Shown here piece after piece: positions 1 to 13,134 of a DNA stretch of 64,000 bases (position 1 is the stretch's first letter; every line of letters begins with the position of its first letter). The stretch covers positions 18,290,001-18,354,000 of the forward strand of contig NC_043012.1 of NCBI RefSeq assembly GCF_006345805.1, written 5' to 3'. The notes beneath the pieces are model-generated. The model was not told the DNA's origin. It saw only the letters and a list, made by a program, of their open reading frames with translations, and did no database searches. Source of the DNA: Octopus sinensis. Lineage: Eukaryota. The position numbers were made by a program, and so were the translations under genes.

Positions 1-1299
1 CACCGTCATCGTCCTCATCATCATCGCCATCGTCGTCATCGTCATCGTCATCAGCAACAACATTAAACGTGTTTTATTTATGCGCAACAAATTAGATTTT
101 GGGAGAATATTCCTAACATCGGGGCTATAACAAGTAATCTGAAATAACAGGAATCTTCCTATCTATCCTAGCTCTCCCTATCTTTCAATGATGTTAATGA
201 TTGGCCAGCTTCTAAGTGAATAACTTCAATACCGAGAATCAGACGCATTTTCGTAACTAATATTGCGCACTTATCTATACCACATTCCATCCTTATATCT
301 TTGTTGAAGAGTCATACAATCTATATTAAGAAATCTATCTCTTTTCTTTTACTATCGCTAAACTAATACCCTGCATTTGCTTTTCTTAATAATGAAGTAG
401 GTGGGTGGGGGATTAAGCATAACACAAATATAAAACAGGTTAGCGAGTTTCACTGGAGAATTCCTCACTTTATGAAAATTTTCCCTCATGCTGTCTCACC
501 TGATTAGAGGTCTACATTTCACCTTTTCATGCTGTATCTAATGAACACTTTTCTGTTGTCTGCAATACTGAATATTCTCAAACATTCATTTATCCATGTG
601 TGTAGGATCTTGTCCTAGGCTTTTTTATAATCTATATATGCTAGTGTTAAACGTTTCATTAAAAATTTCACTTCCGTTAGACTGCAGCCTTTCTGTTCTT
701 TTGACAGTAACTTCCAGTTGTCGAGGTGCTCATAAATGCCTTGTGAGAGCATTCCTGTTAATAGTTGCCCCAACAATTGTAAGCAAATGGTTGGTCAATA
801 ATTACTAGCGTGCACTACCGTCTACTAATCAGGCAATGATATCGGTGGACTTTGCACTTTAGCAATCTCAATAGGATAAATATCAGGAAAGAGTGACGGC
901 ATTCTCGAGAGATTATGGGTGTCGACATGAACGAAGTAACTAGTCTGTTGCGTAGGGGTTTCCAGTCCAGGTCTATCATAGATAATTTCTAGACGTGTCT
1001 TACTAAGCAGAGATACGGAGGATAAGCAAAATTTGATGGATATTGTAGATTTTGACTAAGATAACGTTTTAACAACGCGTGAGGGTTCTGATGTACTCGT
1101 ACTGTTCAAAACTCTCAAAGGCCAGAACTATACTAACAATGTACAGTGTTTTGAGAAATCGTTCCCGACATTATGTGGAAGGCTTTAAAAATTTATTATA
1201 AGGAATTATTTTGGAAGGTCCGGACAAATTTTTGAAAATAGACTGATTGAAGACTAGGATAAGTGAGCGTTAATATTTACGTGTATTGTCATTATCATA

Positions 1300-1725
1300 T
1301 CGGATTGATGATATTAAAAATATGCTTTACAAAGTCCCGTAGCCTGTATTCCGTGTGGAAGAAGGAATACTTGCTCAATGATTTCAGATTTCCAACGTTT
1401 GGATGCAATAGTCAACTGCATCCCCAAGACTCGCTGCTCTACACCTGGATGACTGCCTCAGTTGTCTTGGATTAAGTGGCGGGGGAGTGCTGTTTCGTAA
1501 ATGCCTAAACGTAAAAGTAGATACTCTTTTCGCTGACGCAGTGTGTAGATTATTTGTTTTGTTCGTAATCGGCAATGATGGTGACGCTAGAAATTTCAGA
1601 CCGATGGTTTTCTACGGCACGAATCAGACAGCCAGGTCTCTTTAGATGTTTAAATAGCTTCTTTGGAAAATCTAGCTCACTGGTTCTTGTATGTGATTAG
1701 AAGACGTTGAACGTACACAAATATG
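1300..1725 (+). pseudogene. Old, degenerate L1/Tx1-type APE endonuclease (ORF2 N-terminus) relic
   Basis: Translation across frameshifts gives MILKICFTKSRSLYSVWKKEYLLNDFR ... GGGVLFRKCLNVKVDTLF ... GNDGDARNFRPMVFYG ... NSFFGKSSSLVLVCD. This is collinear with the better-preserved relic at 9910-10500 and with APE motifs (N-term NVRGL, GVA, VYAP, GDWN). Confidence 0.5.
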
Positions 1726-2312
1726 GTGAGGAAATAGTCGATTGGGGGAGTGGGGACAGAAGTCTTGCAAAAGTTGTCAGGCGCCTCAAGCTCTCAATAA
1801 AGAACCCCTCCCCAATTTCCTTAATGTGAAAGTGTACACTTGGTCAAATCACAGTGGTTATCCTGTTCATAATTACAGTTTTCCTCAGGTTAACAGATAG
1901 GAATAATTTTCATTGTCTATGTTATCAGTACTTGACCTTTACAATCAACTCAGAAAATACAAATCGGTAAAGTCTTCGCTACTGTAAAGTGAACGAACCT
2001 GCGACCGCGTGGAGAGATCCAGAGAACGGCTAAGTGTACTAGTTGTAGTGTACTAGTGTACTAGTATAAAGAAGTATAAGTTAGAGGTATAAGTTCTTCT
2101 AAAGGCTACTTAGAGAACAAGAGAATAGTTAGTCAACTTACAAGTCGCACAAAATGAGGGATTACAAAGTCGTGCTAGCGGCAAGAATGGCCTTCGAGCA
2201 GTTCTTTTACATACGTGCGCCTTAACATAAAAGCACCGAAAGTGAACATTTGGCCCACGTGGAGGGGGAGCTGTATAGCAACGAATTTGGTAGCCTTGAG
2301 AGAAAATCTCAA

Positions 2313-2514
2313 ACCTTCTTCTTCTTCTTCTTCTTCTTCTTCTTCTCTTCTTCTTCTTCTTCTTCTTCTTCTTCTCCTTCTTCTCCTTCTTCTTCTTCAC
2401 CTTCGTCTTCTTCTTTTCCTTCTTCTTCTTCTTATTATTATTTTCCTTTTCCTGCTTCGTCTTCTTCTTCTTCTTCTTCTTTTTCTTCTTCTTATCCTCC
2501 TCCTTCTTCTTTTT

Positions 2515-2591
<77 letters not shown>

Positions 2592-2722
2592 GTTGCTGCC
2601 GCTGCTTCTGCTGCTGCTGTTGCTACTCTATTTGTTGCCACTATCATCATCAACACCATCATCATCATCATTGAAATTATTACTATTATTGCCATTGCTA
2701 CATTATTGTTGTTGTTGTTGTT
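2313..2722. repeat. Compound trinucleotide microsatellite (CTT)n-(CTA)n-(CTG)n-(CAT)n-(TTG)n
   Basis: Read directly; explains the poly-S/L/T/A ORFs at 2110-2753. Confidence 0.95.
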
Positions 2723-3159
2723 TGTGCTGTATAAGTTGAAAATAAAATACTGAACATTTTGTGATTCCTAATTGATGTTATTGCATTGTTTTGTGACTAT
2801 AAGTCAGAATATTTACATTGTATCTGTGAGTGGTGCTTCTTTCTTTCCGTTTTTAAGATGGAAAAGACAAAACGAAAACAAAGAAAAAACGCACAAAGAA
2901 CGAATTATAAACAAACAATATAGGCAAAACAGAATGAAAACATGAAAAGATACCAATGAAAATACATCGAATAATATACGTCGATCTGAATTGTTTGGTA
3001 AAAAATAGATTTTTTTTTCTTTAACTACAAAACTTAAAACAGAAAACAAATAGCAAATGGATGTCGACAATGTTGAATGCTAGTAGATTAAATCAACGAT
3101 ATATTAGATGGTTTATTAAAATGTTATATGGGGAGAAACAACGAGAGGATATGCACGCT

Positions 3160-3244
3160 TACACACACATATCATATATATAAATTTAAATATATATGTA
3201 TATATATATATATATGTATATGTGTGTGTATATATACATATATA

Positions 3245-3275
<31 letters not shown>

Positions 3276-3298
3276 TTGTATATATGTATGTATATATG

Positions 3299-3329
<31 letters not shown>

Positions 3330-3473
3330 GCGTATATATATATATTATATATATATATATATATATACATATATATAGATAGATATATAGATAGATAGAT
3401 AGATAGATAAACATATATATATATATAGAGAGAGAGATATAGATATGTATATGTATGTATGTATGTATGTATG

Positions 3474-3510
<37 letters not shown>

Positions 3511-3512
3511 TT
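3160..3512. repeat. Compound (TA)n/(TATG)n/(GATA)n/(TG)n microsatellite
   Basis: Read directly. Similar tracts lie at 7405-7790, 12055-12320, 31225-35730 (many), 47335-47735, 54500-54800 and 60695-60875. Confidence 0.95.
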
Positions 3513-4149
3513 AGTGTTCGTGGATATGTGTTGTATTTCTGAGTCAGTCTGTTTGAAACAAACAGACAAATGTAAAAAGAAAAATGAAACATTAATCATA
3601 AGAAAGAGAAAATACATGCCATTATGAAATTAAAAATAAATTCTAAAACATCTACAATCATCTTCACGCGAATCTGTTTGGTTTTTATGTGTTTTCTTCC
3701 GATGTACAAACGATAGCATTTCTATTAACACGATTCTACATGTTTTACCTACAATTGTAACAAAACATTTTTTTCCGAAAATCATATAAATGTGAAGTAT
3801 TTTCGATGGTGTAATAACAATTTTCATACAATATTTTCTATAATTTTAGCAGTATTATTTTTTTATTTCACTTATTATTTTCAACGTAAATAAAGGTATT
3901 TTCTTCTTTTTCTTTTGTGTAAATAATTATACTGATTATCATCGAGTTTCTAGATAGCGAATTACTTGTAGCTAAATATATCATTAATTGGCTGATTTAT
4001 GATTTGATACCTTCATCTCATTCCATTAGCACGCAACGTATCGATGCAAGAGTCTACAAAAGATGCATCTCATTATCATACTCTATCAGGTGATCTTATG
4101 TTAATATTCACTTACAAAGGATTGGTTATTTTATTTTGAAGCTCTATAC

Positions 4150-5370
4150 TGACGTACCTTCGTTGCTCATATATTGTTGACGCTTTTGCTAATTTTCTTT
4201 TTCATTTTGTTGTTGAAAAGGATTGCCCTCTCCGAAATCTTCGTCGAAAAAATTCCAGCTTCAAACAGCTCATTATATTCTTTTAGTTTGCTTCCTAATT
4301 TGCAGCCAGCCACAGGTTCCCAACAGTCGAACAAAGTGCTGCTAAACCATACACATATCTTCTTGGAGTCGAGTAATATGTTTTAATGTGATCCAACAAA
4401 GACATATTGGGAATTTGTTGCCACATCATCTCTACCAGTCGAGCCCATCAAGCACCTTTCAATATTTTTGTTCTCAGAGAAAACGCCCAAGCTGTAACAA
4501 AGTGGCATTTCTTCTCTGTGTTGAAGAATGGGTCTAGTGCTAATTTCGTTGCCATCCGGTCGATTGTCATACTATTCCTACTTGTATCTTCTAAGTTATT
4601 TAATGAAATCTCTTTCTATTTTATTTTTCGCTGCTAAGCTTTATTGGTTCTACACAATTTGTACTATTTAGGGCGAACCAGCAGCTTTTCTTAAGAACGC
4701 TTCCATCAAAGCCCGCTTATCTAAACTGTCAATTGCTGTATATGTAAACTTGGTGCTCGGCTTGTAGTAAGTGGATCGGTTCCTGCCTACGAAGCCTATC
4801 TACGTCGGCCGTACAAATTCCAGGTCTAGAGACTGTATAGCCGACTACTTTCATTTGAATTTTAGTCAAACTATGCTATACATGCCTACTGAGCTACAGC
4901 GTACTCACTCTCGATACCAGATGAGTGACCTGAAACGATTTGTCTATGTCCGCTATGGCATATTTGGTACACGTCCGCCGTCTGGAAAAAAGTCTTGCAG
5001 TGGTTCAACATCCCATTTGCGTATCATCAGTCCTCACACAACCCAAATGTGCACAGGACGGCGCTCCAGCCACCTTCAAACACTAAAAGAGCGGAAATAT
5101 CTGAAGAAAGCCTCAATACTCGTGGAAATATCTGGTTGCCCTACCCGTATCGGTGCCTAGGTAGCTACTAAACTGAAAGCACCACCTGCGCTATTCTTCC
5201 AGTCTGGGAGGACCATCTGCCTTTTAGTTCCCTGAATATATTCTGTATCGTGATATCCATATTCCTCGAAGCAGCAATATCACTTTGTCTTCCATTCCGA
5301 TCGATTTGGGGATATATCCACCTCCTATTCACACAATAGGTTGTGTAAAGTCTTCCATAATTAAGAGGTC
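4150..5370 (-). pseudogene. Old, degenerate L1/Tx1-type ORF2 relic (APE endonuclease plus linker)
   Basis: Minus-strand translation: SAGGAFSLVAT*APIRVGQPDISTSIEAFF / SLVFEGGWSAVL (GDWNA-like) / PNMP*RT*TN (TW motif) / VVGYT (SDH-like region) / GSTYYK (GPGYWKLN-like) / KRALMEAF..CWFAL. Matches the relic at 10173-10472 (SSDGGAFRHMAVNALTGEQPD). Confidence 0.6.
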
Positions 5371-5662
5371 TAGTCACACACACACTTGTGTGTGTGTGTG
5401 AGAGCGTCGGCTTGTATATTTCTATTTACGTGTGTGTTTCTGTTTGCCACCACTACCGGGTGTCAATCAGTATGTTCATGTACCCGTAACCAAGTGGTGC
5501 AGCATAAATGACCTATAGAGTAAGTCTCAGACTTGCAAAAAATGCAAAATGGGTGCCCAAGCATAGCCCTAGTCCATATGCGTCTGTTTATCTGCCTGTC
5601 TGTCAGAGTCGATGTCCGTCTGTGTCTCTCTTTCTCTGCCTGTCTGTCTGTATGTCTGTCTG

Positions 5663-5705
<43 letters not shown>

Positions 5706-7059
5706 ATATATATTTATATATAAAGGTGGGACTTTATGTATATAGGGACATTTCCCTAACATTCAAAGTAAGACAATCAGGATATAGTTTTATTGAGTTC
5801 AGATGAGGGCGTTGTATTGCCAAAATCGTTAGGGCACCGGAAGACATGCTTTGTTTTATTTGTTTTACCAGTGACTTCAAATTTCGCCGACATAAACTTT
5901 GTCTTCTATTCTTTCGGTCAATAAATATATTGCTTCTAATGTACTGAGTTGGATCGTTTTGAGTGACTACTCTCATAAACGTTGTCTCGAAACAATTGTT
6001 GAATTTAATAACTGCGCTACGTTGAACACCAAATTTCTATTGATAGTCTCTGCAAAACGAATAGAAACATTCCGACTCTTGTAGTTAATTGACTATAAAA
6101 CTGGTTATAAAACCGACAATTACCAGTTCCTACTAATATCATTTCATCCCTGCTGCTTATTTATAAGAGGATAAAATAGAAATTCCATCCATATAATATT
6201 TTCCTTCGCCATGGGTATGTTTAAAATTTTAACACTATCTGAAATTTATTGAACATACCAATTTAGCCGCCATCTTTACAATAGTCATATCTCTCTTGTG
6301 AGTAGCGTTGAGCTATAGGATTCATATGATTTTGCTTTGCTTCTGAATAATTTTGTTTCTTTTATTCTCAGATGATATCTAAACTATGATCCATCTTATG
6401 ATTATTTGTTTATCGATATTGAACACGATGGTTTTTCAATAGAAATTACATTTGAGATTTGATGCAAGCATAGTTATTACACAATCATCAGCGATGTCAC
6501 AGTTGACCTTTGATGTTTTGATGAACGGAGAATAATTACAATCTAAATATTGATTAAATTTAATGCGTTATACTTATGACCTACCACAACTACGAACGTT
6601 CGCTGACGTACATTTTATACACTTTTTGAAGATACACACAAAAGCTAAAAGAATAAAAGAAGAAAAGATGCTGAAAAAAATAAATATATAATGACTGTTA
6701 TCTCTTATTCTGAATATTACCCATTTTGTTATTGGTGAAACCTCAACTCTGAATACGGTAGTCCACTGAGCAGCAAAGAATTAGTCAGCATAACACTACT
6801 GTATAGCAAATATCTACTGAACAGCATATCGCTACCAAAACTGGAAACTACTAGCGAATAGAGAATACATAGCAGAGTCCATTAAAACTTTTGATCTACA
6901 AGTGATTACAGTCTGTGATCTTGTAAGACTTTCATTTCATGGTAATACAGTCGATTCTGCAACTACTGTAATTGTGTTGTAAGCACCAGACGTAACATCA
7001 TAGCGACCACATAGCTCCTACCAACAACGCTTTGGCTTCAGCTATTGCCAATGCTGCAA

Positions 7060-7240
7060 CCACCGAAGCCACCACCACCACCACCACCACCACCAACATC
7101 ACCACCACCACCACCATCACCACTCAATCAGGAGCAGCATCGCCGCTGGCAACACCAACATCGACTCAGCTATCATCTCCACTGCTGCTATCATCGCCGC
7201 CTCCCGCCAAGGCTGCTACTGCCACTGCTACCAACGCTTA
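7060..7240. repeat. (ACC)n-rich low-complexity tract
   Basis: Read directly; the source of the poly-P/poly-T ORFs. Confidence 0.85.
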
Positions 7241-7464
7241 CCTCCCACCCCGATTCTGCTGCTCTTTCTATGTTGCTGATGCCTTTTGCAATGATAAAAT
7301 TGCAAAATCCAATATATAAGCAACAATATGCTATCAGTTAATTATTTCCTTAGTGCTACGACAAGAATTTAATATTATTCATCTGTGCATGCTTACCTAC
7401 GCACATACACACATACATACTTACATACATACGTACATACATACATACATACGTACACACATAC

Positions 7465-7518
<54 letters not shown>

Positions 7519-7556
7519 GTACATATGTATATATATATACATATGTATGTGTGTGT

Positions 7557-7627
<71 letters not shown>

Positions 7628-8173
7628 GTATATATATATGTGCATATGCATATATATATATATGTTTGTATATATATTTATATATGTAAATATATATATT
7701 ATGTATATATATATATATATGTCTATAAATGTATATATATATATAGGTGTGTGTGTGTGTGTGTGTGTGTGGATGTATGTATATATTTATGCGAACTAGT
7801 CCTTCTCAATCTGAATTATGTGTCCAAATGCGTATCTCAAATCGTCAATATCTGCGCCTATATCGAATCAACAACTCGAAAAGAACGCCATATGACCGGT
7901 TGGATTTTGCATTAATTGCTACTTCGCTCTTTATTTACACCACCAATCCATAGTAGGTTATTTCATTACGATTCGTTATGAAAATATTTCTGATCTATGG
8001 ATGTGTAGATCAATGTAAGTGTTCAAGAAATAGACGAACAGTAATTGAGCGATGATTGGCAAGGGAGATAAACAAGCGAATTATTGCTTAATCAATGGAA
8101 AATGACATATGAATTTGATTAAGGACAAACTAGTAATCTTCTCAGATAATGGATGTACACACACATGCACACA

Positions 8174-8204
<31 letters not shown>

Positions 8205-8299
8205 CACATAAACAAACAAATACATCCACTCTTTTCATTATTCATTTAGGGTATGTAAACTATAATGGTGATGAGTAAGAAAGAATTACTAAACGTAAT

Positions 8300-8508
8300 A
8301 ATAATCCTTTCTACTATAGGCACAAGGCCTGAAATTTGGATAGTCGTTTACATCGACTCCAGTACATAACTGGGACATAATTTATCGACTCCGAGAGGAT
8401 GAAAGGCAAACTTGACCTCAGCGGAATTTCAACTCAGAACGTAACGGCAGACGAAATACCGCTGAGCATCTCACTCGGCGTGCTAACGATTGCACCAGCT
8501 CGCTACCT
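8300..8508 (-). mobile_element. tRNA-head SINE (MetaSINE-like central domain), tail type A
   Basis: Reverse complement reads ggtagcgagctgg..gttagcacgccg..ggtatttcgtctgccgttacgttctgagttgaaattccgctgagg..tttgcctttcatcc.. and ends aaatttcaggccttgtgcctatagtagaaaggatt. Degenerate copies at about 8550-8730(-), 16215-16380(-), 26750-26915(+), 40355-40470(-) and 57755-57930(-). Confidence 0.8.
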
Positions 8509-8735
8509 GATTAAACGTAATAATGATATTAAAAGATACACGTTTCGACTCATGATCAGCAATTTTAGGGAAGAGTGTAATTTGTTTACATTGGCCCAGT
8601 TTATGACTGGAATTTTATATCATAGTTCCTGAAATGATGAAAAGAAAAGCTGATCTCTTTGGTATTTGAACTCAGTACGTAAGAAGAACGGAAGAAATAG
8701 TGCTAAGAACTTTATCTGACTCGGTAATTTGATAA

Positions 8736-9115
8736 GAGTTTGACAAGCTCAGAAAATATAAAGACCTGCTCATTGTAATCGAGAAAATGTGGCATTTCAA
8801 GGCGGTTACAATACCAGTGATCGTAGGAGCACTAGGAATGATCAAGAAGGGAACCGAAAATTATACGAGAATGCAAGAAGTGCAAAAGATTGTCATAACT
8901 GGTACATCTCACGTATTGAGAAGAGCATTGTCGCTGTGAGAACTATTACTACCCATGTATTTTAATTTAACTTAAAAAAAAAAAAATGAAGGAACTATTG
9001 AGTTTAGTTTAATGGCCTACCAATGTATACGATGAGTTTCTTTGCCCTAGGGGTCGGGAAGACACTCGGCAAGAAATGGAAGCAAATTTGAAAGAAGAAG
9101 TTAAAAAAATAAAAA
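8736..9115 (+). mobile_element. R4/Dong-like RLE non-LTR retrotransposon, 3' end (C-terminus plus 3'UTR) running into (AAT)n
   Basis: EFDKLRKYKDLLIVIEKMWHFKAVTIPVIVGALGMIKKG...QEVQKIVITGTSHVLRRALS carries the typical RLE C-terminal K-Y and P-x3-GALG motifs. It is followed directly by (AAT)n, the known Dong target repeat. Confidence 0.75.
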
Positions 9116-9130
9116 ATAATAATAATAATG

Positions 9131-9212
<82 letters not shown>

Positions 9213-9240
9213 TGATGATGATGATGATAATAGTAATAAA
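9115..9240. repeat. (AAT)n/(GAT)n microsatellite
   Basis: Read directly. Confidence 0.95.
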
Positions 9241-9251
9241 GACAATATGAT

Positions 9252-9525
9252 AATGTGGCAAAAAAATCCATTGGAAATTTTGTGGAAATCATGGTACGGG
9301 CAAACCCCAAAAGAATCACCAGGAATGAAGACTGGAAAATCCTGTGGGATGCAATGATTCAGTGCGATCACCTGAGCAGACTTCAGAAACCAGACATTGT
9401 TGTGGTACATAAAATATACGGACTTTCATGATAATCGACATAGCATGTTACGGTGAAAACAAGATCAAAGAGAAAGAAGACGAAAACTGGACAACTACGA
9501 CGATTTGAAGTGGGAAATAGGTGGA
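9252..9525 (+). pseudogene. R4/Dong-like RLE endonuclease fragment (PD..D motif)
   Basis: NEDWKILWDAMIQCDHLSRLQKPDIVVV...IIDIACYGENKIKEKEDE..YDDLKWEI, read across frameshifts. Confidence 0.75.
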
Positions 9526-9527
9526 TA

Positions 9528-9906
9528 AAGAAAAGAATGCATGGGAAATGTCATAGGGATGTTGACAGTGAGAGAAAATGATGGCTATGGATGACTAAAA
9601 GTTATTTAAAACTAGAAACAAAGGCTCTAACCTCTGCTACCCAAGAGGAAGCACAAAGAACGAATTACAGAAAATACAGAATAGACAATACACCAGAAAG
9701 TGATAAGTGCAGAATCTGTGGACAAAATGGTGAAACTGTATGGCATATTACCAGTCAATGAACACCACTAGTCTAGAAAGAATATATGAGACGTCATGAC
9801 AATATAGCAAGAACTGTCCATTGGACACTTCCCAACAAGTATGGACTTGACAGAAGAAAAAAAAAGTGGCATGAACTTAAACTTGAAGTCATCATCGAAA
9901 ATGATA
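9528..9906 (+). pseudogene. R4/Dong-like CCHC zinc-finger/RHD fragment
   Basis: KRMHGK...LKLETKALTSATQEEAQRTNYRKYRIDNTPESDKCRICGQNGETVWHITSQ*TPLV*KEYMRRHDNIARTVHW. Confidence 0.8.
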
Positions 9907-9909
9907 GTT

Positions 9910-10500
9910 CAACCGCACCTTTTCTCACAGTAGTCGGAAATTGTCCGCTCTGCTGCCAGTTGCTGTAGATAGCTGTGAAGAGCCGCCAATCAAGTTTGGC
10001 ATATAAAAGTAAAGATTATCCAGACCAAGTATTTTGCCCCCCATGCGGTCGATCTTTGCCTCCCGTATTTCCGCGGCTGTTATCAGCATTTCGCAATTCG
10101 TCTGAGCAAGCTTGCTAGGCTTTAGCACCCCACTCTTCTAACTGCTAGCCCCTCGCAATCTAAGCGTGCATCCTAGATAGCGTCCCAGTCATACGTTGGC
10201 ACTAAAGTTCGAGACGTTCTCAGGAAAATGTCCAGACGTTTGGAGGAATCCGGCTGTTCCCCTGTCAGAGCATTAACGGCCATATGTCTAAAAGCGCCTC
10301 CATCGCTACTGTTCACATCCAGGGCCTCTATCTTACCTTCTGGTTTCAAGAAGATGGTCCTTATCTTGACATCCAGCGCTCTCTTGAGCAACACACACAT
10401 CCACCCGCTCCCATTCCCGGTTGACTCGAAGATAAATAAATATCGTAGTAACCATATATGGGAATGTCTCACCTTATCTAAACTTAGTGACTTAGGGAAA
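9910..10500 (-). pseudogene. L1/Tx1-type APE endonuclease relic
   Basis: ORF 10173-10472: GSGWMCVLLKRALDVKIRTIFLKPEGKIEALDVNSSDGGAFRHMAVNALTGEQPDSSKRLDIFLRTSRTLVPTYDWDAI*DARLD, i.e. GVAVL / D.EGR / VYAP / GDWNA motifs in degenerate form. Confidence 0.7.
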
Positions 10501-10705
10501 ATATTCGTTCACCGCCTTTCCTTTTTAAGCAAACACCCTTATACCTCCTTAAGGGCGACAAATGGAGAAAAAGTAACATACTAACAGGGCCTATGTACAA
10601 TAAATAAGTTTGAGTAATAGTTACACATTTATAAACTGACGGGTGTGATGTGAAATATGCGTCGAATGACGAAAAACAACAACAATGGCGACAACACTAC
10701 TGCTG

Positions 10706-10755
<50 letters not shown>

Positions 10756-11359
10756 GCTACCTAGTACTGCTGCTGCTGCTTCTGGTATTACTAATACTAT
10801 TACAACTACTACTACTACTACTGATAATAATATTATTAATAATGAAAATGGGAGGCGCTAAATTTGCATAAAATACACTGACCAAGGAACTGTTCATTCA
10901 CGTAAGTCAGCAGAAAAAATTCACACCACAATTAAGAAAACCCTTGCTAGCGAACGAATTTCTAAATGCGGGGGAAACTCCACCCTATACTCTCGACTCA
11001 TCTGCAGTGTCATGGCAAGAGCTTTTCTCTTCTTACTCCTCAGCCTAAAGGCGCCAACTTTGAACAGACCAACTCAGACGAGCAATCTTCGCCACATTCA
11101 TCTACCTTTGATGATATTAATGCGTGGGGCAGCGCATACGTCCTTTCCAAATGGGATGTTAAAAAAAGTCGATGAGGACTTGGCCGTAAACGGAATAGCC
11201 TGTCGTTAGTATTTTAGGTTGCGTGCCCAATACAACCTCTTTCACCATATCAATAGAAGCGGTACGCTGCCTACATTTTCTGACCAAAGGAAGGCGTGGG
11301 GAAATCTATGCGATGAATTTGTCATACACGTGTTAGCGGCTGTTCAACATAACTCCACA

Positions 11360-11429
11360 TGGCAGCAATGCTCGGGTGTGGTACGAGCAGGTCTACTCCT
11401 GCTCGTAAAATACCCGAGCATTGCTGCCA
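11360..11429. repeat. 70-nt inverted repeat (32-bp stem, 6-nt loop)
   Basis: tggcagcaatgctcgggtgtggtacgagcagg-tctact-cctgctcgtaaaatacccgagcattgctgcca; 2 mismatches and 1 G:T pair. Confidence 0.9.
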
Positions 11430-12146
11430 GTTTCGCCGTACAACAAGCATCTAAGAGTGTTGAGGCATAGCGTACGGCACCATCGTGTTTGTAGAGTATT
11501 CCTTAACTGGAAACAAATGAGCATTTATGGTTTGAGCAAGGCATATGTTGGTCAGCTCTTCTTCGTGTGAGCACAAGTGATAGGTTTTGCGAGGCTGGTG
11601 TTTCTCTGGTTCACAGTTTTCAAGTTATTTCTAAAGCAAATTTCGCTTTTCTTGCTGATAAGAACTTTTATGAAAGAGAATTTTGCGGTTGTCGAAGCAC
11701 ATACAACCCGTTGATAATGTTATTGCCAAACATATTCATTTTCTTTGCTTTATGTGGAAATGGAATTTTTTATTTATTTATTTTTCTGTCATTTGCTTGT
11801 TCGTGCATTCATTAATATTTTTTGTGGCTATTTTATGTTGTGCAATATGATTTTCCTTAGGTGTGGATTACGAAAAAGAAGAATCCATGTTTCATTTAGT
11901 GTAAGACATAAAAATATAATGGAAATAATTCACAAAAAACGATCTTGGCGTCTAAGACCAGTAAGGGGCAAACGCTTCAATATACTTAAAGTTAGTCCCT
12001 GCGTGAAATAATAGCCTAAACAAAATGCAATTCGTCAGGTAAACATGAACATTGTATACATACATACATACATAAATATATATATATATATATATGCATA
12101 TATATATTTGTGAGTGTGTATATCTATATATATACAGATATATATG

Positions 12147-12244
<98 letters not shown>

Positions 12245-12399
12245 ATGTGTGTATATATAATTATCTATCTATCTATCTAACTATATATATATGAATATAC
12301 ACACACATACACACACACATATGTACACCTACTACACAAGGACATGAACACACATAAGATGATTAGGTAACAGAATCGCAAATGTGAGAGATATTCTCT

Positions 12400-12700
12400 A
12401 GAGCTTGGAAGAAAGATGTTACGAAGATACTTGAAACATAATAAACGTGATGTAATATCATCAAGACAATCAGTATGAAGTTCCTGTCAATGTTGATATA
12501 CTCCACTTCTGTTTTAAAGTTAAAGAATTTGTATGGAAGTAGCAAATTGCTCATAGTGCATAAGGCAAACAATACTAACTGTTCTTTAGACAGAGTGTTT
12601 TTACCGAGAATGGAAGGATGCACGGGTGTGTTAATTGCAGAAGACAACAGCAAGTCTTCGATTTGTGTTTTTGCAAAGATTATAATCAGGTATGTGTAGA
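12400..12700 (+). pseudogene. Degenerate R4/Dong-like RT thumb-region fragment
   Basis: IIKTISMKFLSMLIYS...HKANNTNCSLDRVFLPRMEGCTGVLIAED resembles the DRLYLPRxxGGRGL motif. Confidence 0.5.
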
Positions 12701-13134
12701 AAGGAAATACTATTATATGTGAATAGAAATATTGATTGAGTCTCTAAAATAATGATCTCAACAGTAAAAAAAGGATGGCGGGGCGGAAGTATTAGGCCAG
12801 TTCATACAAGAAATAAAGAGCACTGGTTACGGCTGACAAATGAAAAGCTGAGATGAGAAACTGAATCCCTAATTAAAAAACGCTCAGAAACAAGCTATTA
12901 GAATTCCAATGATAAGAACAATGTGTGATAAAAATTAGATAAGGAGCAAATTAAGAATGCGTAACAAATGAGTTTAAAGTAACGACGTTCTATTCAGCTG
13001 AACCAAGCGTGCATAACTTGTGTATGAATGGGGGATGAGTGCGTGAGTAAAAGAGAATATTAAGATATTAGTTCATTCTCTAGATTTAAAGTGGTGGAAA
13101 AGTAGGATGAACACGAGCCCTACTTTGTTCTGAT

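Noticed and set aside
2110-2753. Long poly-L/S/T/A/K ORFs
   Set aside because: Translations of a compound trinucleotide microsatellite; no splice or homology support.
7032-7341. Proline-rich or threonine-rich ORFs resembling formin/extensin/mucin
   Set aside because: Explained by an (ACC)n tract; no domain context or convincing exon boundaries.
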